64,000 nt of DNA, from the NCBI GenBank assembly GCA_050950285.1, contig JBMNHG010000008.1, positions 248,001 to 312,000 of the forward strand. Direction: 5' to 3'. The stretch is from Kiritimatiellia bacterium (GTDB taxonomy: Bacteria; Verrucomicrobiota; Kiritimatiellia; RFP12; JBMNHG01). A program made the position numbers and the translations under genes. This document shows, in pieces, positions 39,778-49,427 of the stretch; the first letter of the stretch is position 1, and every line of letters begins with the position of its first letter. The notes below the pieces were generated by a model. That model made no database searches. It had not been told where the DNA came from and worked only from the letters and a program-made list of their open reading frames with translations.

Positions 39778-41714
39778 AGAGACAAGGATTGGCAGGCGTG
39801 ATGAAATCGCACAGGAGCATCATGGTCTTGAGTCTGGCCGCGGCCCTGGCGGGGGCGTTGGCTTCCCCGGCGGCGGCGCATACGGAAGCGGTGCAAACGG
39901 CGGCCGAACCGGTGGTTATCGAATCCGTGTTCGTCCGCGACATGGCCTTGCGCGACTTCGCCGAGCTGATGACCCGCGGATGCGAGTCGGAATGGAAGGT
40001 GCTGGTCAGCGAGCAGGCGGGGGACAAGCGCATCAGCTTCTACCTCTCCGACACCGGCATCGAGGAGACGCTGCGGTCGATTTGCGCCACCTACGGCCTG
40101 TGGTATCGCCAGGCGCCACGCTCGGATATCGTGCAGATCATCACGATGGACGAATACCGCAAGGGGCTGAACCTGTATGCCGACGAGGCCGTCGAGGTCG
40201 TTCCGGTCATGTATCCGGCGCCGGAGGAAATCGGCGACACGCTCGCGCGGCTGTTCCAGGACCGGGTGGTCTGGGATCCGCCCCCCGAGGACATCGCCGA
40301 CGACATGCCGCACATCGAGAGCGCCCTCGACCGCATGGACACCATGGCCGATCGCGCCACGCTGGTGGATACCGAGAATCTTGACGGCACAGGCGGCAGC
40401 TCTTCCTCTTCCTCTTCCTCGTCCTATCGCTGGCGGTCGGACGATTCGTGGAGCCGCTCGGACCGCTATGGCCGCGGGAGCCGCTCGGACCGCTACGGGC
40501 GCGGATACGGGTCGGGTCGGCATGGCGGCGGAACCGGCAGATCCGGCGAGGAGCAAACGGTCGAGCAGGTGGTCGAGCAGCAGCGCCGCGCCATGGAGGC
40601 GCAACAGGCGGCCAAGGGAATCCCCGAGGATCTCGCCGGACGCAACGACCGGCCGGGGCTGGTCTACATCTCCGCCTCGCGGTCGGCAAACGCCCTGATT
40701 CTACGGTCGAGCGATGCGGCGTCGGTCGAGACCATCAAGAACGTCATCCGCGATCTGGACAAGCCCAAGCCGCAGATCCTGCTCGAAGTCAAGGTGCTCG
40801 ACATCCAGCTCGGAGACGAAGAGGCGCGCGGCGTGGACTGGCTGTTCCAGCGCGAGCTGAACTCGGACGGCGTCATGTTGAGCGGCGGCCGCGCGACCGG
40901 CATCACGACCGAACCCGGCAACGTGATCCGCTCGTCGGACCCCCTGTCGCTGGTCCCCCAGGGCACGGGGCTGGATACCCTGGCCGCCGTCTTCTCCGTT
41001 GTCAGCGACGAGGTCCGCGCGCGACTCCAGTTGCTGGAGGACCAGCGGCGCGTCCGCACCCTGGCGACGCCGAGCCTGCTCGTGGCCGACAACGAGGCGT
41101 CCCGCATCTTCATCGGCAGCGAGGTGACGGTGCTGGAGAAGGTCGAGCCGGAGACGAGCTTCATCGGCACGGAGAACCCGCAGCCGGTGACGACGTACAC
41201 CGTCACCTCCCCGCGCAAGCGGATCGGAACCACGTTGCTGATCACCCCGAAAATCCACGCCGACCGCACGGTCACGATCCGGCTCTTGCAGGAGGAAACG
41301 CAGCTTGGCGCGCAACGGACGATCGCGTACGGGCAGACGGCCTCCGATCAGTTCACCTCGCAGGACGTCGAGGAACGGTCCGTCACCACGACGGTGCTGG
41401 CCAAGGACGGCAACACCATCGCGATCGGCGGCCTGATTCGCGAACGCGCGGAGGAACGCGAGACCGGCGTGCCGGTCCTCATGCACATCCCCCTCCTGGG
41501 GCAGCTCTTCAAGCGCACCGTCCGCTCCGAGACGCGCAGCGAGCTGCTGGTGCTGATCCAGCCCCGCATCCTGCTGGCGCCGGGGGAAGGCGAGACCGTT
41601 TCCCGCGCCGCGATGGAGCGGGCGGCCCGGAGCGCCGAGGAGCTGGGCCGGAAGTGGAGGGATTTTGAAAAATCGGCCGAGGAACACGCAAAGGAGGTTT
41701 CAGATGCCGAGTGA
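39774..41714 (+). CDS. Secretin (PilQ/GspD family)
   Basis: NALIL..IRDLDKPKPQILLEVKV, LATPSLLVADNEAS, ITPKIH, IGGLI, GVPVLMHIPLLGQLFK, SELLVLIQPRI. Confidence 0.92.
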   Translation: MKRQGLAGVMKSHRSIMVLSLAAALAGALASPAAAHTEAVQTAAEPVVIESVFVRDMALRDFAELMTRGCESEWKVLVSEQAGDKRISFYLSDTGIEETLRSICATYGLWYRQAPRSDIVQIITMDEYRKGLNLYADEAVEVVPVMYPAPEEIGDTLARLFQDRVVWDPPPEDIADDMPHIESALDRMDTMADRATLVDTENLDGTGGSSSSSSSSSYRWRSDDSWSRSDRYGRGSRSDRYGRGYGSGRHGGGTGRSGEEQTVEQVVEQQRRAMEAQQAAKGIPEDLAGRNDRPGLVYISASRSANALILRSSDAASVETIKNVIRDLDKPKPQILLEVKVLDIQLGDEEARGVDWLFQRELNSDGVMLSGGRATGITTEPGNVIRSSDPLSLVPQGTGLDTLAAVFSVVSDEVRARLQLLEDQRRVRTLATPSLLVADNEASRIFIGSEVTVLEKVEPETSFIGTENPQPVTTYTVTSPRKRIGTTLLITPKIHADRTVTIRLLQEETQLGAQRTIAYGQTASDQFTSQDVEERSVTTTVLAKDGNTIAIGGLIRERAEERETGVPVLMHIPLLGQLFKRTVRSETRSELLVLIQPRILLAPGEGETVSRAAMERAARSAEELGRKWRDFEKSAEEHAKEVSDAE

Positions 41715-42810
41715 CCTGGATCGCTGGCTCGATGAGCTGACCGCCCGCGGAGGCAGCGACCTGCATCTTGCAACGGGCAACCACCCCATCATCCGGCTGC
41801 ACGGACGCCTCGAGGCGCTTGACCAGCAGAACGCGCCGCTGAGCGCCGAGGCCATCACCGCCGCGATCGCCAGGGTCGTCGGCGAGGACGCCCTGGACAG
41901 CCTGCGGCACACCGGCGAGCTCGACGCCGCGTTCGAACGGAAGGACGGCACGCGCCTGCGCATCAACGCCTACCGGCAGCAAGGCGACTTCGCCGCCGCG
42001 ATCCGGCTTTTGCCCAACCGCTTCTTCGAGCTGGACGAGCTGGGCCTCGACGTGAACCTCCTGCGGCGCATCTGCGCCATGCAGTCCGGCCTGATCCTCG
42101 TCACCGGGGCGACCAGCAGCGGCAAGTCGACCACGATCGCCAGCCTCGTGAACGAGATCAACAAGACCCAGGCCCTCCACATCCACACCATCGAGGATCC
42201 GATCGAATACCGGCATGTAAGCCAGCGGTCCTTTGTGACGCAGCGCGAGGTCGGGCGCGACACCGCGAGCTTCGCCGAGGCGCTGCGGCGCAGCATGCGG
42301 CAGGATCCCGACGTGGTCGTCGTGGGCGAAATGCGGGATCTCGAAACCATGACCGCCGCCTTGACGCTGGCCGAGACCGGGCACTTGACGTTCGCGACGC
42401 TGCACACATCCGACGCCGTGCAGTCCGTCTCGCGCATCATCAGCTCCTACCCCGCCGTGCACCAGGCCCAGGTCCGCGTGCAGCTTGCGTCCACGCTGCA
42501 AGTCGTCATGAGCCAGAAGCTCGTGCCGTGGGCCGACGGCAAGGGCCGCTCCCTTGCGGCCGAGATCCTCGTCGCCACGCCAAACGTGCGCGCGATGATT
42601 CGCGAGGAGAAGACCCACCAGATGCGCACGGCGATGCAGACCGGCGGGGAATACGGCATGCAGACCCTCAACCAGTCGCTGCTCTCCCTCCTGAACCGCC
42701 GGGTGATCGATCGCGCCACCGCATTGGAATACAGCGAGGACAAGGCGCACTTGCTCGAGGAACTCGACCTCCAAACCAGCCAAAAGACAAAACGGAAAAG
42801 TGTACGATGA
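41704..42810 (+). CDS. pilT: PilT retraction ATPase
   Basis: SDLHL, GATSSGKST, TIEDPIEY, QREVGRDT, RQDPDVVVVGEMRD, AETGHL, NVRAMIRE, GMQT. Confidence 0.92.
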   Translation: MPSDLDRWLDELTARGGSDLHLATGNHPIIRLHGRLEALDQQNAPLSAEAITAAIARVVGEDALDSLRHTGELDAAFERKDGTRLRINAYRQQGDFAAAIRLLPNRFFELDELGLDVNLLRRICAMQSGLILVTGATSSGKSTTIASLVNEINKTQALHIHTIEDPIEYRHVSQRSFVTQREVGRDTASFAEALRRSMRQDPDVVVVGEMRDLETMTAALTLAETGHLTFATLHTSDAVQSVSRIISSYPAVHQAQVRVQLASTLQVVMSQKLVPWADGKGRSLAAEILVATPNVRAMIREEKTHQMRTAMQTGGEYGMQTLNQSLLSLLNRRVIDRATALEYSEDKAHLLEELDLQTSQKTKRKSVR

Positions 42811-43181
42811 AACGATATTGCAAGATTCTTCTTCCCCTGCTGCCGCTCGCGCTTCTGTTTTCGGGGTGCGAACCCGGCGAAGACGACGTGCGCGGCGAGC
42901 TGCCTGTGACGCCCGCCTCGACGACCCTGGGCGGCGACCAGGACACCGTGATCTTGACGGCGGACGTTTCCGCGGGCGGCGCGGACCCGGATCCCATCGT
43001 CTATCCGTTGAAATGGTCCGTCAGCAACCCCGCCGCCGGACGCATCGACGCGCAGTCCGCGAACAGTGCCGTCTACACCCACGTGATCAGGAAAACGTCT
43101 TCCAACGTCATCACTGTCCGCGACGGCCTGGCCCGCAAGGGCGTCGCCACCGTCCATTGGAGCCCGGCAGGCAAGGACTAG
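42807..43181 (+). CDS. Small lipoprotein (Ig-like)
   Basis: MKRYCKILLPLLPLALLFSG|C lipobox; ATGA-coupled to pilT. Confidence 0.75.
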   Translation: MKRYCKILLPLLPLALLFSGCEPGEDDVRGELPVTPASTTLGGDQDTVILTADVSAGGADPDPIVYPLKWSVSNPAAGRIDAQSANSAVYTHVIRKTSSNVITVRDGLARKGVATVHWSPAGKD

Positions 43182-43200
43182 CGGAAGTGAGGAAGTGAAC

Positions 43201-43863
43201 ATGGCAGTCGTCCCGTTTAAAAGGCTCATCAAAAACGCGGGCAGGCCTTCCGACACATTTTGGGGCCGGCTCATGCTCGCCGGCATGAACCGCGGACATC
43301 AGAAGATGGCCTTGTGGTGCATCGACACTTGCATGGATTTGTCCGGGAGCGAGGATGTTCTGGACATCGGTTGCGGCGGCGGGCAAAACATCGCGAATTT
43401 TTTGAAGCGCACGGGCGGCAAGGTCTATGGCATGGACTACTCGCCAACGAGCGTGGCGAAGTCGCTGAAGAAAAACAAGCGGGCCGTGGCCGGAAAACGC
43501 GCCGTGATCGTGCAGGCCGATGTTGCGGCGATTCCGTTTGAGAACAGCGCCTTCGACGTGGCAACCGCCTTTGAAACCATCTATTTCTGGAAGGACATCA
43601 TCGCCGGCTTCAAGGAAGCGAAGCGCGTGCTGAAGCCCGACGGGAAGTTCGTGGTGTGCAACGAGGCGTCGAAGTTGGACGGCAATGAATATTTGCTGGA
43701 TATTCTGGACATGCGAATCTACACGGTCGAGGAAATAACCGAAGCCATGCGACAAGCCGGTTTTGCCGACGTGCAAGCATACAGGCGCGACAACACGCAG
43801 CACATCTGCGTGATCGGACGGCGACGGCCTGGCGGGCACGACGATCGAGGCCGCCGACAATAA
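43201..43863 (+). CDS. Class I SAM-dependent methyltransferase (copy 1)
   Basis: VLDIGCGGG, GMDYS, FDVATAFETIYFW, RVLKPDG. Confidence 0.88.
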   Translation: MAVVPFKRLIKNAGRPSDTFWGRLMLAGMNRGHQKMALWCIDTCMDLSGSEDVLDIGCGGGQNIANFLKRTGGKVYGMDYSPTSVAKSLKKNKRAVAGKRAVIVQADVAAIPFENSAFDVATAFETIYFWKDIIAGFKEAKRVLKPDGKFVVCNEASKLDGNEYLLDILDMRIYTVEEITEAMRQAGFADVQAYRRDNTQHICVIGRRRPGGHDDRGRRQ

Positions 43864-43966
43864 TCTCGAAGAAATCTTCAAGATTACAGCTTTCGAACGC
43901 CCCCGCCGAAGCCGGCGGGCTCAAACGTCCCGGCTTTTGGTTCGCCCATCACGGGCCGTGTCGTTG

Positions 43967-44775
43967 GGGACCGCGGTCTCCACGGGCAAATGGATTGCGT
44001 TCCCGTACTCGTACACGTACTCGTACACGTTCACGTTCACGCCCCCCCTGTCTACGTTTTTCGTGAACGCGAACGTGAACCGCTTCGCTGGGTACGGGTA
44101 CGTGAACGGCCGAAAGGCGGACGGTGCGTGAATCAATCGCCACGCAGACGAAGCGGCTCGCCGGGACGGCGTCGCCCCACCTCCCGAGGCGCACCGCGCT
44201 GGGGCGCGGGCGAGTGGGAAGCCCGCCGGGACGGCGGTCTCCAGCAGAGGCGCCCTGTGGGGCGAGTGGAGCGGGTACGGAGCCCCGCGCTCCCGGGGCG
44301 AACGGCCCAGATTTCGACGTCACCGACGAAACCGATGCCATCGGCGCCGCCCCGTCCACAAAGTCCACCCCGTCCACAAAGTCCACCCGAGCGCTGCCTT
44401 TCCCTTGGCGAAATTGGCGAGCTTGGCGTGACGGGGGTTTCACGCAAAGACCGCGAAGACCGCAAAGCCACGGGAAATTGGGGACAGACCCCATCGGTGC
44501 CCTGACACACCCCGCCGGGACGGCGGTCTCTGCGGGCGAATGGATTACGTGCCCGTTCGCGTTCACGATTCCCCGTGTCTACGTTTGTCGTGAACGTGTA
44601 CCGCCTCGCTGGGAACGGGTACGTGAACGGACGAAGGGCGATCGGTGCGCCGATGATTCGCCATGCAGGGGAGGCGGCTCGCCGGGACGGCGTCGCCCCA
44701 CCTCGCTTCGCACATGACTCGCGCACCCGCAACTCGTGAACGCGAACCGCTTCGCTGGGTGCGGGGACGCAAACG
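43967..44775. repeat. Intergenic mosaic of REP-like palindromes and short tandem repeats
   Basis: ~200-bp unit duplicated (43967-44183, 44517-44703) ending in CGGCTCGCCGGGACGGCGTCGCCCCACCT; CACGTT/CACGTA hexamers; 9-bp period GTCCAC repeats. Confidence 0.7.
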
Positions 44776-44804
44776 GCGAAGGACGAAATCCCGTCGGGCG
44801 GGGG

Positions 44805-45668
44805 CTATTCCAGCCAGCCGTCGACGAGATCCTGGTTTTCGGCGATCCAGGCGCGCACGGCGGCTTCTTCGCCGGCGGTGGCGTTTTCCATCGCGTCCAT
44901 GAGCGAGCCGATCTGCGCGCCATCGAACATCATCTTCTTGAAAAACGCCGCCACTTCGGGATACTCCGCGCTGAAGCCGAGGCGGGCGGCGGCCTGCACG
45001 ACCTCCGAGCCGCCGAAGACGCCCTTGGGGTCGTCGAGGAACTTGAGGTCGTAGCGGGCGAACTTCCAATGCGGCGCCCAGCCGGTGACGGCGATCCAGT
45101 CGCCCTTGTCGATCGCCCCTTGGAGCGCAGCGGTCATGGCGGGGCCGCTGGAGGCGACCAGCTCATAGTCGAGGGCGTATTCCTTGATCGCCTTGTCCGC
45201 GCAGCTCATGACCCCGGCGCCGGCGTCGATGCCGGTGAGGCGGCCCTTGAAGCGATCCTTCACCTCGTTGAGCTGTTCAATGCTGTCGATCTCGACGTAG
45301 GCGGGCACGACGAGGCCGATCCTGGCGTCCTCGAACCAGGTGGAGATGAACTCGAGCCTGTCGCCGTACTGTTCGTAGTAGGCCTTGTGCGTGGTGGGCA
45401 GCCACGTTTCGACAAGGACGTCCTGCTGGCCTTCGGCGACGGCCGTGTAGATGGGCGCGGCGTCGGCCATGGTCGTTTCAACCTGGTAGCCCATGTCGCT
45501 GAGAAGGACGTCGAGCAGATGGGTGACGGCGACGCCTTCGGCCCAGTTGACGTAGGCGAGGCGGATGGTGCCCTTGGAGGCGGTATCGGGGGTCTTGCCG
45601 CAGCCGGCGGCGGCGAAGACGACCGCGCAGCAGGCGGCGGCAATGGTGAGTCGTGAAGCAGTTTTCAT
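44805..45668 (-). CDS. Glycine betaine ABC transporter substrate-binding lipoprotein (ProX/OpuAC)
   Basis: AAGC lipobox, YVNWAEG, WLPTTH, GIDAGAG, WAPHWKFARYDLKFLDDPK. Confidence 0.92.
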   Translation of the reverse strand: MKTASRLTIAAACCAVVFAAAGCGKTPDTASKGTIRLAYVNWAEGVAVTHLLDVLLSDMGYQVETTMADAAPIYTAVAEGQQDVLVETWLPTTHKAYYEQYGDRLEFISTWFEDARIGLVVPAYVEIDSIEQLNEVKDRFKGRLTGIDAGAGVMSCADKAIKEYALDYELVASSGPAMTAALQGAIDKGDWIAVTGWAPHWKFARYDLKFLDDPKGVFGGSEVVQAAARLGFSAEYPEVAAFFKKMMFDGAQIGSLMDAMENATAGEEAAVRAWIAENQDLVDGWLE

Positions 45669-45725
45669 GTCGGTTTTCCTTCGTGTTTCGTGTTTTCGTG
45701 TTCGGGGGTTCGAAGCGGGGCGGGA

Positions 45726-46571
45726 TCAATCGGTCTTCGCGCGCGATCCGCGCGAACCGATCGCCTGCGTGACGCGGTCGAGGTACATTGCGAGCACCAC
45801 GATGGCCAGGCCGCCTTCGAAGCCCTGGCCGATCTTCATCTGGGTGATGCCGCGCAGGACGACGCCGCCGAGGCCGCCGGCGCCGATCATGGCGGCGATG
45901 ACGACCATCGAAAGCGCGAGCATGATGGTCTGGTTGACGCCGGCGAGGATGCTGGGCAGCGCCATCGGCATCTGCACCTTCGCCAGTTGCTGCCATGATG
46001 TGGCGCCGAACGCATTGGAGGCCTCGATCAGCTCAGGCGGGACCTGGCGCAGCCCCAGCGCGGTGAGACGCACGCTTGGCGGCATGGCGAAGATCACCGT
46101 CGCCACCGCGCCGGGCACCTTGCCGAGCGAGAAGAACAGCACGGCGGGGATGAGGTAGACAAACGCGGGCATCGTCTGCATGAAGTCCAGCACGGGGCGG
46201 ACCATCCGCTCGGCGCGGGCGCTGCGCCCGCAGGCGATCCCGAGCGGCACGCCGATGGCCAGCGCCAGCAGCGTCGCGGAGAGCACGAGCGCGAGCGTCT
46301 CGATCGTGTGCCCCCACAGCTCCATCGCCCACACGAGGGTGAAGCCGAGGAGGGTGAAGAGGGCCAGCCCCCATTTGCGCAGGCCGCAGGCCCACCAGGC
46401 AAGCGCCGCCAGCAGCAGGATCATGACTGGCGGCGGCAGGATCGAGAGCGTCTGCTCGAAGCCCTCGATGCCGCTTTCGAGCGAAGCCGCGACGGCGTCG
46501 AAGAAGCCGTCGAAGTTGCGCTTCATCCCGTTGACGAGCGATTCGAACCACGGGCCGACATGGAAGGTCAT
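45726..46571 (-). CDS. Glycine betaine ABC permease (ProW/OpuAB)
   Basis: PVLDFMQTMPAFVYLIP, AGVNQTIMLALSMVVIAAMIGAGGLG. Confidence 0.93.
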   Translation of the reverse strand: MTFHVGPWFESLVNGMKRNFDGFFDAVAASLESGIEGFEQTLSILPPPVMILLLAALAWWACGLRKWGLALFTLLGFTLVWAMELWGHTIETLALVLSATLLALAIGVPLGIACGRSARAERMVRPVLDFMQTMPAFVYLIPAVLFFSLGKVPGAVATVIFAMPPSVRLTALGLRQVPPELIEASNAFGATSWQQLAKVQMPMALPSILAGVNQTIMLALSMVVIAAMIGAGGLGGVVLRGITQMKIGQGFEGGLAIVVLAMYLDRVTQAIGSRGSRAKTD

Positions 46572-47797
46572 GGCGCCACCTCCGTTTCCGCGGCCAGGCC
46601 GTCGAGCAAGGCCGCGCGCGTGACGATCCCGGCAAGCCGCCCCCTGGGGTCGAGCACGGGGATCGGCGCCTTCTGGTTGCTGGCCAGCGGAATCATCTCC
46701 CGCAGCAGCGTATCGCGGGACACGGTCGGCAGATCCCGGACGACGATCGCGTCGAGGGACTTGACGCCCTGCCGACTCGATTCAAGCGCCGCGTCGATGG
46801 TGACGAGGCCGACGTAGCGGCGTTCGGCGTCCACAACGAAGAGGGACGAAATGGCGTGCTGCCGCATCAGGCGCACGGCGTGGTTGGGGCCGTCCTTGTG
46901 CGTGGCGACGGCGGGCGTCTTCTTCATCACGCCCTCGGCGGTGAGGACTTTGCTGCGATCCACGTTCTTCACGAACGCGCGCACGTAGTCGCTGGCAGGC
47001 TCCGTGAGGATCGTCTCGGGCGAGCCGATCTGCTCGATGACGCCGTCCTTCATGATCGCGATGCGATCCCCGAGCTTGAGCGCCTCGTCGAGGTCGTGCG
47101 TGATGAAGACCACGGTCTTGCGGAGCTGAGCCTGAATGTCCACGAGTTCGTCCTGCATCTGCGTGCGGATCAGCGGATCGAGCGCGCTGAACGCTTCGTC
47201 CATGAACAGGATTTCCGGATCGGTCGCCAGCGCCCGGGCGAGGCCCACGCGCTGCTGCATGCCGCCGCTGAGAGTCTGGATGCGGCTCGTCTCGTAGCCT
47301 TCGAGGCCGACGACGCGGATGGCCTCCACGGCCTTTTCGCGGCGTTCCGCAGCGCGCACGCCGCGGATTTCAAGGCCGAACGCCACGTTGTCGACCACGT
47401 TGCGATGCGGCAGCAGGGCGAACTGCTGGAACACCATGCCGAACTTGGTCCGGCGCAGGTCGCGCAGCGCCGCGCGGTCGAGGCTCGTGATCGGCTCGCC
47501 GTCGACGAACACGTCGCCGAACGTCGGCTCGATGAGCCGGTTGAGCAGCCGCACCAGCGTCGACTTGCCGCTCCCGGAGAGCCCCATGATGACGAACGTC
47601 TCGCCGCGCTGGATTTTGAAGGCGGCGTTGACGACCGCCGCCGTGCTGCGCGTCCTTTCGAGGATTTCGGCGCGCGGCGCGCCCTGGTCGGCGAGCGTGC
47701 GGGCTTTTTCCGGGTTCGGCCCGAAGAACTTGTAGAGACCGCGCGTCTCGATGACGGGCGGAGCCCCCGGAGGGGCTTGCTCGGCGGATGCTGCCAT
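46568..47797 (-). CDS. Glycine betaine ABC ATPase with CBS pair (ProV/OpuAA)
   Basis: GLSGSGKS, LSGGMQQRVG, MDEAFSALD, ITHDLDEA. Confidence 0.93.
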   Translation of the reverse strand: MAASAEQAPPGAPPVIETRGLYKFFGPNPEKARTLADQGAPRAEILERTRSTAAVVNAAFKIQRGETFVIMGLSGSGKSTLVRLLNRLIEPTFGDVFVDGEPITSLDRAALRDLRRTKFGMVFQQFALLPHRNVVDNVAFGLEIRGVRAAERREKAVEAIRVVGLEGYETSRIQTLSGGMQQRVGLARALATDPEILFMDEAFSALDPLIRTQMQDELVDIQAQLRKTVVFITHDLDEALKLGDRIAIMKDGVIEQIGSPETILTEPASDYVRAFVKNVDRSKVLTAEGVMKKTPAVATHKDGPNHAVRLMRQHAISSLFVVDAERRYVGLVTIDAALESSRQGVKSLDAIVVRDLPTVSRDTLLREMIPLASNQKAPIPVLDPRGRLAGIVTRAALLDGLAAETEVAP

Positions 47798-47812
47798 TGG
47801 ATAATCCCGCAG

Positions 47813-49030
47813 TTAGAAATAGTAGCCGAAATTGATGTTGAACCGGCCGTTCCACCGATCATTGCGGTTGGCGCCCAGATCGCCGACCGAGGAGTCGGCG
47901 TACGTGTCGCCGTAGACGTCGTCGCGGTTGCCGACAAACAGGTTGCCGTTGGAGAGCGCGTAGTCCACGTAGATGAACCAGCCCCCGCGCGCGATCGACA
48001 TCCCCGTCGTGTTCAGCGCGCTGTCGTTGAACGACGCGTCGTCCTTGATCACGACGCTGAAGTCATTGTAGAAGGTTACGGCGTCGATCCACTCGAACGG
48101 CTTCTCGATCGTGTAGGAGACGGCGACGGAGGGGACGAGGCCACGCGAGGCGACGGGCCAGGCGAAGTCGTAGGCGCCGAGGTTGATCAGGTCGTTGGAG
48201 GGGCGAACGCCGTCGGCGCCGGGGCGGTAGTCCGCGTCGAACGCATAGCCCGTGAGCTGGAGCATCAGGCCGAGCGCGCCCCACTGGCCTTTTGCGTGGA
48301 TCGCGGCCGCCCAGGCGTCGCTGTCCTCGGCCCGGGCGTCCCGGGCGTCCAGCACGGACCACTGGGCGGAGGCGCCCAGCGTGGCGCCGATTTCCTCGAT
48401 GTCGTACGTCGCCCGCGCGTTGAACTGGTGTCGCTGCTCGTAGGCGCCCGGGATGCCGCCGACGTCCTCCGCGACAACCGCGTTGGAATAGCGCGCGCTC
48501 TCGTCGGAGGCGCCGTTGCCGTTGACCATGTCCGCGGGGTAGTAGCCGATGTCGAAGGCCCAGCGGCCGAACCGGCGCGAGTACGTGGCGCCGAGCTTCA
48601 TCATGTCCGCGAGGCCGAGATAGTAGTGCTGGTCGAAGAACCAGCTGTTGGCCGGGCCGTAGGGACCCACGCCGAAGGGCGTGCGCACAAGGCCCGCCTC
48701 GAGGCGGCCGAACGCATCCGATTCGTAGCCGAGCCAGCCGGTGTGCAGGAAGTTATACCCGTCGTACCAGCGGTACTCGCCCTTGCCGATCCAGTTTTCA
48801 CAGGCGAAATCCGCGTTGAGGCGGAAGACGTCCAATTCGAAGTTGCCGCCGTTGCCGCCGCGCTGGGGCGCGCCGGAGCCGTCCTTTGCGTAGTCCCCCT
48901 GCGTGTAGCTGGCGCGGATCGCGCCGCCGATTTTCAGGGGGCCCGCCTCGATGGCGGAAACGGTGGTGGTTGCCAGGAGACCGAGGACGGCTCCGAAAGC
49001 AAGGGCGTGACGATGAAGATCGATCTTCAT
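47813..49030 (-). CDS. Outer-membrane beta-barrel (porin-like) heading the betaine transporter operon
   Basis: Signal peptide, aromatic-rich amphipathic strands, C-terminal INFGYYF. Confidence 0.7.
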   Translation of the reverse strand: MKIDLHRHALAFGAVLGLLATTTVSAIEAGPLKIGGAIRASYTQGDYAKDGSGAPQRGGNGGNFELDVFRLNADFACENWIGKGEYRWYDGYNFLHTGWLGYESDAFGRLEAGLVRTPFGVGPYGPANSWFFDQHYYLGLADMMKLGATYSRRFGRWAFDIGYYPADMVNGNGASDESARYSNAVVAEDVGGIPGAYEQRHQFNARATYDIEEIGATLGASAQWSVLDARDARAEDSDAWAAAIHAKGQWGALGLMLQLTGYAFDADYRPGADGVRPSNDLINLGAYDFAWPVASRGLVPSVAVSYTIEKPFEWIDAVTFYNDFSVVIKDDASFNDSALNTTGMSIARGGWFIYVDYALSNGNLFVGNRDDVYGDTYADSSVGDLGANRNDRWNGRFNINFGYYF

Positions 49031-49427
49031 TTTCTTCCTTTTTGTTTGAGTTGAAACCGAAAACTAAAACGCAACTCAATTGAGCAACACCCTAGCTCGA
49101 ACGGCGAAAATTCGCGGGCTGCACATGGCTGTTCCGCGATGCACGAAGAGATACTTTCTCACATTCCCTCGGTTTAGTCAATTATTTTTTTTGAGGGGCG
49201 CAGCTTTGGACAGAGTGGACGAGGTGGACTTTGTGGACGTCTGGCGTCGATGACGTCGGTTTCGTCGAAGGCGCGGCTGTTCCCAGGGTGGAGACCTTGC
49301 CACGCGGCGGGGACGCCGCGTCCAGTGTGCTGCTGTGAAATATTGATCGGTCGAATCGGTCGAATCAGACTGATCGGACGGATCATGGCTTCGACAAAGT
49401 TTTCGACAACGCTGCCTTTCGGCTCCC

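Noticed and set aside
43870..44800. ORFs of 150-200 aa in the repeat mosaic
   Set aside because: Translations of palindromic and tandem repeats with no domain signal
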